From: Eledone cirrhosa
Taxonomy: Eukaryota
Direction of reading: 5' to 3'
Length of the DNA stretch: 64,000 nt
NCBI GenBank assembly: GCA_964016885.1
Contig: OZ024740.1
Location: forward strand, 362,018,001 to 362,082,000
Positions 1-12,722 of this stretch are shown here, piece by piece. The notes below the pieces were generated by a model. The model did not search any database, was not told where the DNA came from, and was given only the letters and a program-made list of their open reading frames with translations. Numbering within the stretch: position 1 is the first letter of the stretch; each line of letters starts with the position of its first letter. The translations under genes were made by a program, and so were the position numbers.

Positions 1-106
1 ATTAGACCGCCTTGGAAAAGTATAAGCTTCATTGTACTTACTGAAGTAGTGATGTGAGATTACATTATTTCAAGACATTTTAACAACAATTTTAATACTC
101 CTCCAG

Positions 107-336
107 ATACAGAAAAAACTGAACAGCCTGCTGGAAAAGGGCCAACTTTCAATGATAAACCTAAAATCTCGCAAGATGCATCAGGGAAAAACATTCATAT
201 TGAATGTGCATGTACAGCTGATCCAAAGCCTACAATTACTTGGTATAAAGGCAGTACCATCATAAGGGAAAGTACTAGATTGAAACTGAAAACAACTCAA
301 GATAAAGACAAGTATTCATTCATGCTGGATATATTG
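107..336 (+). CDS. unc-22: Twitchin/projectin-like giant Ig muscle protein, internal exon (first half of an I-set Ig domain)
   Basis: ctccag|AT...TTG|gtaaat; phase 1 to 0; encodes TEKTEQPAGKGPTFNDKPKISQDASGKNIHIECACTADPKPTITWYKG...MLDIL, typical of twitchin/projectin N-terminal Ig domains. Confidence 0.85.
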
Positions 337-479
337 GTAAATGAATTTATTCTTCTTCTAATTATTTTTGCACTTAACTTCTTGTTCACTCTCTTTATTC
401 CTGTGTTATTTAATGTTTTCCAATTCCAGAAAGGCTCAATACAAATTGTTTGTAGCTTCCATTATATCGGTGATAAAAT

Positions 480-1050
480 TAATGGTTGGAGAGAATATAA
501 TAGTTAGAGTAAGAAGATGAAAACATTTCAGAGAGCAGATAACTCTGTTGACAGCAAAGGGTTTCTCTCTATGAAAGAAAGACCAGATGTATGAGGCATG
601 TGTATGAAGTGTGTGATGTTGCATGGTAACGAAACATGGCAGCAAATTCAGAAGATATGTATAGGCTGGAGAGAGATGAAGCAAGTGTACTTTGATGTAT
701 GTGCAATATTAATATATGTGAAAGGCAAAGCGTAGATGAGCTGTGAGAGAGGCTGGGTATAAGAGGAACTAGATGTAATGTGCAAGAGAGAAGACTGCAT
801 TGGGATGGTCATGTGATGCATATAGATGGTGATGAAGTTTCAAGAAACCCCAACAGAATGTAGCTGTGATAGAGGGAGACCAAGGAAGACCTGGAAAGAG
901 GTTGTCAGAGCTGATCTTAAATCACTGAATTTGACAGAGGAGATGAAGGACCAAGATAATTGGAGAGATGTTGTGCTCGAAAGAAACCATCCAGCCCATG
1001 CAAGCATTTAAAAGCAGATGTAAAACAATGATGATAATCATAATGGTGAT
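480..1050 (+). mobile_element. Degenerate 3' end of an RTE-clade LINE
   Basis: Broken frames reading RRLHWDGHVM and RGRPRKTWKEVVRADLKSLNL..WR, followed by a cccatgcaagcat...gatgataat tail; boundaries approximate. Confidence 0.7.
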
Positions 1051-2022
1051 GAAGATTGACATTTTTATAGAACTACAAGTAACTCTTAGCCATTTTTATA
1101 CAAACCTACAAAAAACTGCCCCTGGTTTTGTGAAAAACCATGTTTATTTTAAAGTGTTCATATTTAAATTAAAAACTTTCATCATAATTTTATGGGAGAA
1201 TATTTTTTACATACTAAATATGAACTTTACAAAAAATTTATTTTACTAGAATCTTTAAAACCTTGATTAAAAAAAATTAAATGAAATGCTTCCAATTTAT
1301 TTCATTGGAAACATGGTTATGAAAGTGTTAAATTTATAACCAAGTGAATTATAATGAAATCATTGTAATTCAACACAACGGTCGAAGCATATGTTTTTAT
1401 TATTTTAGTGAGCATGAGTGCACCACCTTTAAATCTTTAGTTAGTAATGTTGACACTTATCTTACTCTGAAATTTATTTTATCAGATTCCTTTTGTTGAA
1501 TTGCTACTACACGAGTTTTTAGGCTGTAAACATAAACATGCATATGCATATATATACAATGGGCTTCAGCATAATTTCTGTATATCAAATTCAACTTCTA
1601 ATTTATTGGTTTGTCCAAAGTTGTATTAGAAGATATGCACCATAAGTGCTACACTGAGAGGTCGAACATTGAACCATATAATCTGGTACTTATTTTATCA
1701 AATCACTAGACTATGGGGCATAACCACTCAGCTGTGCTTGCATCTATATAAAGCCATTTTTATTACAAGTATATCATTTTTAAACTCAATATATACTACA
1801 AAATATACTACATTTATAGGAAACAAAATCATCTTTCATTTGCTATAACTATTTTCTTTTATCTTGTTTGTTTTAACACTTTGATGTCCAGAAAACAATT
1901 TATAATTTACAATTTTCACCATAAAATAAACTAAATGGACCAAATATTGAAAAGCTGTATTTCTTTAAATTTCTTATATTTTCTTTTCCATGTGAAACGG
2001 TATTATGTCTCGTTTTCATTAA

Positions 2023-2243
2023 CTCTTAACATCCTGTACTGCACGAAACTATATTAGCAAGACATTCTGGAATAGTACAAAACGGTGTTATGACTACATC
2101 ACATTAAAAATTAAAGTTTTTATTCTAATAATGCAAATTTTTACAATGACATGATCTGTCCCTTAGTAAGGATACTATAAATATTTGAATTAGCAAATCC
2201 ATTTTGAGGCATTTTCTGCTAAATCATAACAGGATGTTAAGTG
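2023..2243. mobile_element. TTAA-flanked MITE, family A (piggyBac-like ends)
   Basis: ttaa-ctcttaacatcctg ... caggatgttaagtg-ttaa; related copies at 28783-28986, 47730-47941, ~27080-27290 and ~36830-37000. Confidence 0.7.
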
Positions 2244-2318
2244 TTAAATAAAGACTTGCAGAATTTTGAAAATGCAATTAAAATTCAACAAATTTTGTTT
2301 TATTTTATATTTTATTAG

Positions 2319-2410
2319 AATTTTACTAAAGATGATGCTGGTATTTACAAAGTGATTGCCAAAAATGCACATGGAGAGGGCACTGCAAATATTACTCTGA
2401 ATTTAGATGC
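2319..2410 (+). CDS. unc-22: Twitchin-like exon completing Ig domain A
   Basis: tttattag|AAT...GC|gtgagt; phase 0 to 2; NFTKDDAGIYKVIAKNAHGEGTANITLNLD carries the I-set DxGxY..N.xG motif. Confidence 0.9.
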
Positions 2411-3281
2411 GTGAGTGAAAGTTGTTAACTTTTTTTTCTTTTAATGAGATTTAATTTGCTAAAAACATTTCTATTGGAAATATTGCAAACTAAGGTTTAT
2501 TTGAACTTTTCCAGGTATCTTATATTAATTATTGTAAAAGGTCAATGGATTAGTAGAATCCTTAGACTGTTAGAAAAAATACTTTGTTGACATTTGTTCC
2601 AAATATTTACATTAAACAACACTAGAAAGATAATATTGAACCCTTTTGATACCAAACTCCCTTTTAAAAATATAGGCAATGTACGTTTTTTTTAGAAATA
2701 TGGTAATTTAATGGTTAAATATTTGAATAATAAAGACACAACCATTCCAATGCCTTTTCACCTGCTAAAGCATGGGTGAGCCATGTAGGGTTCTGTTATT
2801 CATTTTTTCAACCCATGCTTGCATGGATTACACAGGTTGTCACATCTAACTCATAGATTCTATTTTCAACTTTGTTTCTATGGCTAGCTATCTTTCCTAA
2901 TGACTATAATAAAAACAGTTCAAAATAATTTATCTTTAATAAATTTCAATATTAACCAAGTTATTATAAAGTATATATTTTTAGATAATGCAATATTTTT
3001 TTAATTAACAGACAAAATACTAAATATGAAATATATGAAATATAATATGAAATATAATATGAAATAGGGGATGGGTAATAGACATTTCTCTGTAGGTAAC
3101 TTTTGCTCACTTATTTCATATTCATTCAACTGAACTCGCTTATTTCAAGACCCATCAAGACATGAGACAATGATTCAGTTGAACAAATACAAAATAATTG
3201 AGTAAAAATTACTGATAGAGAAATATTTCCAATGCTTCACTGTTTAAATATTTAAAAAAATGTTATTGAATTGTTTTGCAG

Positions 3282-3600
3282 TCAAAAAGACAAAGATCAA
3301 GGAAAAGAAGAAAAGGGAAAAGAAGAAAAAGGAAAAGAAGAAAAAGGAAAAGAAGAAAAAGGAAAAGAGGAAGTGAAAGATAAAGATAAACCAAAAGAAA
3401 CAATAACATTAACAGAAAAAGCAACAACTAAAATTGAGCTGGATAAAAAAAGAGTAACATTTGAACAAAAAGTTGATACTAAAGAAAAGCCAACTGCCCA
3501 GTGGTTTTTTGGAAACACTCCTTTGAAATCTGGTGGGAGGTATAACATGGATGTTTCACAGAAAGAATCGAGTTATTATGCTAGTATGCAAGTGAATGAG
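3282..3600 (+). CDS. unc-22: Twitchin-like exon: (KGKEE)n linker plus first half of Ig domain B
   Basis: ttttgcag|T...GAG|gtaatt; phase 2 to 0; QKDKDQ(GKEEK)n...KPTAQWFFGNTPLKSGGRY...QVNE. Confidence 0.88.
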
Positions 3601-4779
3601 GTAATTAGAAAAGATTTAATAACTTTTCTTGTCAGTTTATATATATAAAAGAGTATGCATAAATAAATAAATACATTGATTAGTATGTATATATGTAGAT
3701 ACATATATACACACATATGTAAATACATACATAGTTACATATATAAATACATAGGTAGGTACAAGCATACATACATACATGATGGCTGCAACTCGATTTC
3801 AAGTGTTGCCATTGCTTGATACTTAAGCATGAGCATCTCGGCAATGTTTTTTAGTCCTGCTAGGGACTTGCCTATGGCCAGCAACACCATGCATCACAAA
3901 TAATGTCACATATCAAGAAATGTCTGTGCTTGAAGCTTTTTAAGTGAGGAAAGGCTTTGCATGAGGCCAATCCCACTCTCTGAACATCAAATGTATTTGT
4001 CCCAAAAGAACTGGTCTACACCATTGGATGCAAACAAAATTGCAGGTTTTCTATCAGAGTGACCTTCTCCTAGGGGAATGTCTTAATAAAGGCAAGGAGT
4101 CTCTTGTTTAACAAAAAACAAAACAAAACAAAAAACTTTATTGGATGGCTATTGATTCTCCTGAGTTCAGGTTTGTTTTTCATCCTGCAGGGTGTCCAAA
4201 TTCACCCTCCTCACTAAGCAAGTTTGATGGGGTTGCTGATTTAGTTGCCAACAACCCGACCATGCACAAGTTGTACGGTGTTACATGTTACAGTAACGCT
4301 GTGTATATATACATGCAATGAATACATATATTCTTACATAGACACATGTATGTGAAGACACAAGACTTAGTCATTTGCGTGTTTGATTCTTGGTGAAGCA
4401 TTTTTATTTCATGTTATTCCAGTCCACTCAGCTGGAAAAAATGAGTTGTACCTTTAAAGCAAGGGGTTGGTCAGCCTCGTCGCAGACTGTACCATACTGA
4501 ACACATGTCTGTGAAATACTCAATCACTTGAATGATAAGATCACAAATAGGCCGTTTCATTGATAGAATCAACTGGAATACTCATCGTTGGAATCATAGA
4601 AAAATTTATACAAATCTAGCATTTTATCTGCTGGCTAAAAGTATAAATTCTATATGTAATAAAGTAAAAATATCTTTTGCTGAATTTGCACTAATTTATA
4701 TATTTTTTTGCAGTTGTTCAGTCATATTTTTCTATTAGTGTGTACCATTTAGTTACTATATTCTATTTCCTTAACACCT

Positions 4780-5045
4780 TGTTGTTGTTCTTCGTTCATC
4801 TTTGACCACTTATTCCTGAGAAGGTTGTTGGGGAAGAGTCCTCAAACACTTCCTCCAGTGGGTTCTGTCAGAAGCAACCATCTCCAATTGATCTGGCAGG
4901 ATCTCTAAGCTTGACCAGCCAAGCTCATGGATGTTATCAAACTATCTTGCTCAGTGTCTACTCCTGGGTTTCTTGCTGGTTGGTTTTGTCCATAAAATCT
5001 GTTCAGCAATTCTTTCCTGAGGCGTTTTAACTACATGTAGCACCT
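4780..5045 (-). mobile_element. Degenerate LINE 3' end fragment
   Basis: GC-elevated segment whose minus strand reads like a non-LTR RT C-terminus and ends in an (aac)n tail; clade not resolved. Confidence 0.4.
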
Positions 5046-5347
5046 TGTTAACTTGAAAATATATGTGGCCGTTAATCAGTTTTCCTATGAAGAAATTTCA
5101 AATGAGCTATTGGCTGCAATTCAAAAATATACAATTATGTTTGGTCAATTCATCCATTATATACTTAGTGTATATGGATGAATTGATCAATCAAAATTGA
5201 ATATATAAAAACAATATGACTTTTATGACTTTTACTGTTTTCAAGAAGTAAAATTAGTCAAGATTTTTTAATTCTAGAAAGACATTAATAAAATTGCAAA
5301 ACCCTTAATATATTTTGAAATATTTATGAAACTTCTTTTACATTTAG

Positions 5348-5435
5348 ATTACTACCAAAGATGCTGGTGCTTATAAGTGTGTTGTGCAAACACCATTTGG
5401 TGAAGCCGTACAGTTAATGAAGCTGTCATCAACAC
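5348..5435 (+). CDS. unc-22: Twitchin-like exon completing Ig domain B
   Basis: atttag|ATT...C|gtaggt; phase 0 to 1; ITTKDAGAYKCVVQTPFGEAVQLMKLSST. Confidence 0.88.
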
Positions 5436-5777
5436 GTAGGTTTCCTCCTTATTATGAAGCTTTCTATTGATTTAACAATTTATTATATTAAAGAGAGAGA
5501 AAAGAATTACTTTTATGAAAAATATTGTTTATCTATACATTGTGAGTAAAATAATGCAATTTGGTAATTTCAGTCATTTGTTAAATTTATTAAATTAATT
5601 TTGTTGTGTCATATAATTTACTGTATATATCATTTGTGCGTATGTATATAAGAATATCTTTGATACTAGGTTGTCGTTTCTAATCAAATTTGAACTTTCA
5701 ATGGGGGTAAGCTAATTATTATGAATGTTTATTTGATAACTATTATAATTAATCTAATAATTTATTAATACTTTCAG

Positions 5778-5839
5778 AGCTGATCCCTCCCAAAGTCAAA
5801 GGTGACCCTCCAAGATTCATCACAAAACTGACATCAAAG
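5778..5839 (+). CDS. unc-22: Twitchin-like exon, start of Ig domain C
   Basis: ctttcag|AG...AAG|gtatat; phase 1 to 0; QLIPPKVKGDPPRFITKLTSK (PxF Ig strand A). Confidence 0.87.
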
Positions 5840-6990
5840 GTATATATGAGATATTTTTGTATAAGGATAGAATCTATTATTTGAATATGATTATAATTTA
5901 TAGATATTCAGTGATAAATATATTAATCCTTTTAATACCAAACTGCCTGAAACTGCCTCTGGTGCAACAATACAAAACTGTTTGTTTTAAAGCATTTATA
6001 TTCTCTAATTTTATGTAAGAACCTTTAAGTTATGTTTTAAATATCAGTTTGATATTGAGAATGTTAGTTATATTACAAAATGCTTAAAAAATCTTGTGTA
6101 TTTGAAAATAATAGGCAGTGTTTTTGTTCTGCTTTCCCCAAGGCAACATTTCAAAGGTAAATCTACTTGCCCATGTTTGGTTCAATAATTTGAATTTACA
6201 TCTCTAAAATAATACAGCAAGTAAGAAAGGGAAAATATTATTAACACTGTTCTTAACATTATTACTTTAAGTTTAACTACTTATGAACACACCATTGTGA
6301 CCAGATACTGTCAGTTTGAATTAGACTACTATATTGGCAATGCACTCATTAAGAAATATAAAATACAGTCCAATACAGCTGAAAGAAAACAAATTTAATT
6401 TTAAAAATCTTTTTGATACTAAATTACCTGAAACCACACTTTGTTCTATGATACAATTTTAAAGTGTTTGTATTTATTTATAAACCTTTCATCATAATTG
6501 TATGTGAGAACCTTTGTTTGTTAAGTTATGCTACAAACACTAACTTAGTAAAAGGAAAGTTAGCTATATTACTGAATTCCTCCAAATACTTGACTATTTT
6601 CAAAGTTATTTGAAACACATATTTTATTTGAAATATGGTAAGAAAGGGCTAAAAACAAAATAGATCTACTTCAGACTGCTTTTAATTAAAATTGGAAAAC
6701 AATTTGTATAAATCAAGAATCAGCAAATTTACTCCCTGGGTAAATACCAGCCTGGCCAAAGCTGGCTCTAATACTATGGAACAAAACTACCCATTTTAAA
6801 GGGTTTCTATTTAAATTTAAATCTTCCAGCATGGTTTTATATATGAACTAGATATATTAAATTACTATCTTAGGACATCCCTCAAAATTCTTTATTGCTT
6901 AATTGAAATAGAGTATATTACATTAGAAATATGGTTATTACATGTTGTTATTACATATTTCCTCCTTATTGTTATTCGTTTTCATTACAG

Positions 6991-7234
6991 ACATTCACTA
7001 TCGGATCGGCAATGGATATTACACTTAAAGTTGCAGGAACTGAACCAATTACCACCACATGGTTTTTTAATGACAAAGAAATAAAAAGTTCCTCAGCTGT
7101 AAATATTTCTTATGAAAGGGGTACAGCCCGTTTTTATATGTCAAAAGTAACACCAAAGGAAGGCGGTTTGTACACAGTAGAACTGAAGAATCCTGTTGGA
7201 TCTGTATCAGGTTCTGCTACAATGACTGTTAAAG
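6991..7234 (+). CDS. unc-22: Twitchin-like exon, body of Ig domain C
   Basis: attacag|ACA...G|gtatgt; phase 0 to 1; TFTIGSAMDITLKVAGTEPITTTWFFNDKEI...EGGLYTVELKNPVGSVSGSATMTVK. Confidence 0.9.
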
Positions 7235-7769
7235 GTATGTAAATAATTTAGCTAACATATATGCTATACTGGTGAAGACCTTGCTACCAGCAATGATGTG
7301 ACCTGAACCATCCCAGTGTCCCTCTTCCACTATTGCTCCTCAGTAGCTATCCTCACCATCACTGCACACCCCTGCCCTATCCTTGTCCCATCCACTACCA
7401 ATCCTTGTATATCCTCTCTATCGAATACTAGTAGCTACTCATTCCATCCTGTGCATCCCCCCCACCCCCGCCTCATGTCCCTTCCACTAACACTTCTTAC
7501 CTATTATCTCCATCATTACAAAATCCCCACCATACTGGTGAGTGCCCCTCCACACTACCACAACTATCACTGATTAGGTATTCTCACCATCACTATATCT
7601 CCTATGGTACTGGAGGTCACCCTTTCTCCCACCTACTCATCATTCTGTCAAATCACACCACACTTACCAGACATCCATAACTTCATACTTATCTACCTGC
7701 TCCTTCCTATTCTCCAGTTCTGGAAGAGCAGGGAGGTCTCTTCAGTTGGGACAATAACCAATATCCTCT

Positions 7770-8290
7770 CTAGTATTGGTTCCATGAAAATGCACTCAGT
7801 ACACCCTGTAAGGTAGTTAGCGATAAGAAGGGCCCCCTATTGTAAAAGAAACATGCCAAAAGGGTTGAGAAGACCATTCAGTTGTGTCAAGGATGCAACA
7901 ACTACCCTAGTGTTGATGGTTTACATGATAAATGTGCCAATATATGATGTAAAGTTGTTGGTGATAGAAGGGCATCCAGCCATAGAAAGCTTGCCAAAAT
8001 AAGGTTTGGGAAGACCCATCAGTTATGTCAGGGACATGTCAATTTCCTCAGTATTGGTGATCTACATAATAAACACACCCTTTACATGCTGAAAATGGTT
8101 GGTGATACAAAGGGCATCAAGTCATAGAAAGTATTGGGAACAACTTTTCGGTTGTGTCAAAGACATGACAATCTTCCAAGTGCTGGTGCCACAATAAAAT
8201 GCACTCCAAATAAAATGGACCCACTTCAGTACTGACTCATTCAGTGAAGACACATTCAAAGCTTGATAGCAGGGTATGATGATGATGATG
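7770..8290 (+). repeat. Degenerate tandem array (~3 units of ~140 bp) of a SINE/RTE-tail module
   Basis: Recurring ggtgata-gaagggcatc-agccatagaaa...cagttgtgtcaa blocks, ending in a (gat)n tail. Confidence 0.55.
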
Positions 8291-8482
8291 AGACTGGGTC
8301 ATATTAACTCATGGCAAGGCCTCTAGGCTTTCAAATATTTCAGGTGTCCTTCAATCTTACATCCCACTACAGCTGACCATTCTAAAACTTTGCACATCAT
8401 GTTCCAAACATATTTCCTTTGTTTATATATATCATCATCATCTTTGTTTAACGACCATTTTCCACGCTAGCATGGGTTAGAC

Positions 8483-8537
<55 letters not shown>

Positions 8538-8557
8538 TATAATATATATATATATAT

Positions 8558-8590
<33 letters not shown>

Positions 8591-8620
8591 ATGTGTGTGT
8601 GTATATATATGTGTATATAT

Positions 8621-9075
8621 TTGGAAATTCTCATTTGCATATAGTGCAAATTTAGCTGGTTAAAGTTAATTGGCAGTAACCTTATGATAGGATTAAGCAT
8701 AATAGGGGTGTAAGCATATACTATATATTTATAAACAATAAACATAATGAATGACAGCAAGGCTCTCATATGTTTATTGTATATAAACATATTAGTATAT
8801 ATGTTCATATACACCCCTATTATGCTTAATGCTAACCTAGTGCTACTGCTAATTAATTATAACCATCCAAGTTCGTACTATATGCAAATGAGCATCTCCA
8901 GCAAATGTTCAGTATACAAAATCTATATAGGCTCCAATCTATTTTCCTCTCAGTACCAGTTGAGTGAATGTCACTGATGAGAGATTAATGAATTTGAAAG
9001 AGCTATCTGGCATTCTCAATAGTTACTGAGATACCTGTGATATGTTCACAGCATAAAAGAGAGAGGTACAGGTTT
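8621..9075 (+). mobile_element. Penelope-like pLTR remnant: ~280-bp degenerate palindrome followed by a hammerhead motif
   Basis: 8621-8750 is an inverted copy of 8766-8900; hammerhead fold at 8949-9030; flanked by TA-rich microsatellite. Confidence 0.6.
8949..9030 (+). ncRNA. Type I hammerhead ribozyme motif (canonical CUGAUGA core, damaged stems II and III)
   Basis: gaatgtca CTGATGA gagatt-aatg-aattt GAAA g-agct-a TC tggcattc; stem I extends as ctcagta..ttgag / ctcaa..tactgag. Confidence 0.65.
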
Positions 9076-9417
9076 GTATATATATCTGTACATACATATG
9101 TGTATATATATATATGTATGTATATATATATATATGTACATATTTGTATGCACGTATATAAGTATATATATATATATATATACATATATATACACACACG
9201 TATATACATATATATATATAGATATACACATGCATACATATATGTATATATATATATATACTTTAAATACAAAGTAAAACCTACTACAGTCAGTAGGCAT
9301 CTCTAACAAAATACACCCCCGTCCCACCACCCCCACCCCATCCACACCGCCCCTTTCAATGTAAAGTTATGTTGGTGCCACAAAATCCAGGCCGAAACAA
9401 ATGAGATCGTATAGGTG

Positions 9418-9768
9418 TCACGAAAAAAAAACATACAGTCCACGCTGTAATGTGACCGTGTAGGCAACACGGTAAAAACGTCCCAGTCCCACACTGTAAA
9501 TGTGGTTGGTGTTAGGAAGGGCATCCAGCTGTAGAAAACCTGCCAGACAGTCCACGCTGTAATGTGGCCGTGTAGGCAACACGGTAAAAACCTCCCAGCC
9601 CCACACTGTAAATGTGGTTGGTGTTAGGAAGGGCATCCAACTGTAGAAAACCCGCCAGACAGTCCTATGCGAGCAAGACAACCACTCTTGCCTCAAGTGG
9701 GAAAACTCCCGTCCAAACCCATGCAAGCATGGAACACGGACGTTAAACGATGATGATGATGATGATGA
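9418..9768 (+). mobile_element. Young SINE-like element with an internal 112-bp tandem duplication
   Basis: 9435-9546 repeated at 9547-9658; RTE-type tail ccatgcaagcatggaa...(gat)n; near-identical single-unit copy at ~54068-54301. Confidence 0.75.
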
Positions 9769-10535
9769 TATAGAGTAAAGCATGTCCAGAGAATTATTTG
9801 ATATTATATATACATCATCTCTACTCCCAATCAGCATAATTAACCACACAAAAAATCAATTAGACCAGGCTATAAGAATAAAAGGCACCTATGAAGAAAC
9901 AGTAAATAAATACGCCACAGCAGATTCTGTCAGTGTATTTACTTGGCGGCTTCCTGGGTCTTCTAGGGGAGAAGTACAGCCTGGATGTTGGGAAGAACAC
10001 CACCCTGGGCAATGGTCACTCCGGACAAAAGTTTGTATCATCATCATCATCATTTCATTTTACGTCCGCTTTTTCCATGCTTGCAAGGGTGGGATGGGAA
10101 CTGATGCTGGCTTGATTTCTACAGCTGGATGCCCTTCCTAACACCAACCTCATTTACAGTGAGTGCTGGGTGCTTTTTTGCCGTGGCACCTCCATGACCA
10201 CTTTGCAGTGGAATGATAGGGACCCCAGTCCCTATCATCTCATTTCTACAGCTGAGTCAACTAGAGCAATGTGAAATAAAGTGTCTTGCTCAAGGAAACA
10301 ACAAGAATTTCCCCCAGTTTAAATATCTTGGGTGGAGTCAGGCCTTTTTCATGCTTCTCTATATGAACTTTCTTTTCAATTCTATGGACATTGCAAATTG
10401 TTAATGGAGTAATTTTCTGAAAAATAGTTAATATGGTTATAGTGCATGGATTTGATACAAATATATTAGTTATATTAGCAACATAATGTATTTTTAAATT
10501 GATTTAAAACTTTGTAACAGGAATTATGCCCCACC

Positions 10536-10578
<43 letters not shown>

Positions 10579-10840
10579 TACATATATGTATATGCATATG
10601 TTACATAACTATATACACACAAGTATATATATACATATATATATACACATATATATGTATATATACACATGTATATATATACATATGTATATGCATATAT
10701 GTATGTACATGTATACATACATTCACACACACATATAAATATATATTTATTATCTACACTGAATTTAATACATTGTATACAAATTTGTCCTTTAATTCTA
10801 ACATTGTTGTAAATTCAATGTTCTTCTGTATCTATTGCAG

Positions 10841-11190
10841 AGGATGAGAAGAAAAAACAGAAAGAAGAAGAAATGCAACGAAAGGAAGAAGAAAGAAAGA
10901 AGGAAGAGGAGAGACAGAAACTAGAGTTAGAAGAAAGAGAGCTGAAGAAAAAGAAAGACGATGAGAAGAAAAAAGAAGAGGATAAAAAGAAAATGGAATT
11001 GAAAAAGCAAGAAGAAGAAAAGAAAAAGTTAGAGGATGAGAAAAAGAAGAAGGAAACTGATGAGAAAAAGAAGAAGGAGGATGAAGAGAAAAAGAAGAAG
11101 GATGAAGGGGATAAGAAGAAGAAGGAAGAAGAGGATAAGAAGAAGAAGGAAGAAGAGGATAAGAAGAAGAAGGAAGAAGAAGAGAAAAAG
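10841..11190 (+). CDS. unc-22: Twitchin-like exon, Lys/Glu-rich charged helix
   Basis: attgcag|AG...AAG|gtatgt; phase 1 to 0 matches the neighbouring exons; EDEKKKQKEEEMQRKEEERKKEEE...KKKKEEEEKK. Confidence 0.85.
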
Positions 11191-11254
11191 GTATGTTAGA
11201 TATACACATATGTGTGTTATATGTGCATACATAAATATCTCTCTATATATATAT

Positions 11255-12370
11255 AGTGAAAGAGTGAAGAATTTACATGGTCAACAGTACAAAAAGGGTT
11301 TTATTTACAGTATTAACAATTGTTTCATTGATTAGGATGTCTAAAGGTTGCTAATCACTCGAAGTTGTGTCACTCAACCTTAAATACAATGTATGCCTAA
11401 TCAAATCATCGGAATAACTGACAAAAATTGCACTCGGTGTTTGTATTTATACTACGGAGAATTCAAATAACAACATCAATAATAAAGAAAGAAAAAGAAA
11501 AAATAATAATAAAGAAGTTAGAATGAAGATGATAAAAAATAAGTAAAAAAATATATACGTGAAAAAAATATATGAACATAATATGATTTTTGAAAATAGT
11601 GGTGGTGGTTAAAGTTATAGTGGTGTGTAAGTATAAAGATGTGATGAGGGTAGGAATATTATTAATATGAAAATAAATATTAAATATATACGTATGTATT
11701 GGTTAAATCACAGAGGGTTAGAGTAGGTAGAAAGAATATAATGATAAATAACATATAAAAAATAAATTAGAAGTTAGGTTAGAGGTTAAGAGATACAGGA
11801 TAGGATACAAGGGAAGAGGTGAAATAGCTTTAGGGAGGGAGAGTGAAAGAAAGGTTAGGAGATGTATGATGTTGATTTAGTGATTAGTTGGTCTGTTGAT
11901 AGCTAATAATAGTGGGTTGGTATGTAGTTATTATAATAAACTCTGAGTGGTTCAGCTTGAATTATGTGATTTTTGGATCAAATCTTGTTGGTTTGAAATT
12001 TGCGAATTTAGTAGCTGCTTTGTTCCTACAGAAAATTGATCGTTCTATTTTGCTGTTAAGCAGCATTTTGTCATACTTTAAAATATGGAACAGCTCCATA
12101 TTACAAAGTCCGCAGTGGGACATTCCACTTCTGTAGACCTTTGCTCCCGATAATTTCGACCAGCTAATCCTGTATTCTTGGTTTGTATCCTTAAGCTGCC
12201 AGATTTTATTGGCTAGCCTTGTTGTGTTCTCTAGTCTACGGTTCTTCATAGAAAGTTAGCTTTTTTACAGTTAAGTTCGAAAGTGATGCCTAGGCCTTGT
12301 TTATTGAAGAAGATTCTAATGTTTTTACGTAATCTTTCCAAGTTTTGATTATTTAAGTTTTTATATGGGT
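11255..12370 (-). mobile_element. 5'-truncated Penelope-like retroelement (GIY-YIG endonuclease C-terminus, 3' region and hammerhead)
   Basis: ORF 11962-12249 TRLANKIWQLKD..Y.ISW..CGLC..E..LLNSK.E...C fits the Penelope EN C-terminal pattern; downstream hammerhead; ends in (TA)n. Confidence 0.8.
11308..11420 (-). ncRNA. Type I hammerhead ribozyme motif, CCGAUGA core, long stem II
   Basis: Minus strand: cagttatt CCGATGA tttgattagg...cctaatcaat GAAA c-aatt-g TT aatactg. Confidence 0.65.
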
Positions 12371-12522
12371 TCAATAAAATAAATCACCAGTAATGCACTG
12401 GGGTTGATTTAATTGACTTTCCCCAACCCCTCAAATTGCTGGCCTTGTGCCTAAAGTAGAAACAATTATTATTATTATTAGAGTTATAATATTAAGGGGA
12501 ATAGTTATACTCATTTACAGGT

Positions 12523-12560
<38 letters not shown>

Positions 12561-12722
12561 TTAATTGTACTATTTATGGTTATGAAAATACAAAAACCTT
12601 TAGCAGTTATATGTATTTTTTTATACAAACCCTAAATAGTGGTAGGCAGTAATGTATTACTAGCTTATTACCAGTAAGTTAAGTAGCTCAATGTAAAAAC
12701 ATCAGATGATTTACAGAGCAGT

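Noticed and set aside
10832-11335. Ser/Leu/Phe-rich antisense and Arg-rich alternative-frame ORFs
   Set aside because: Shadows of the purine-rich K/E exon.
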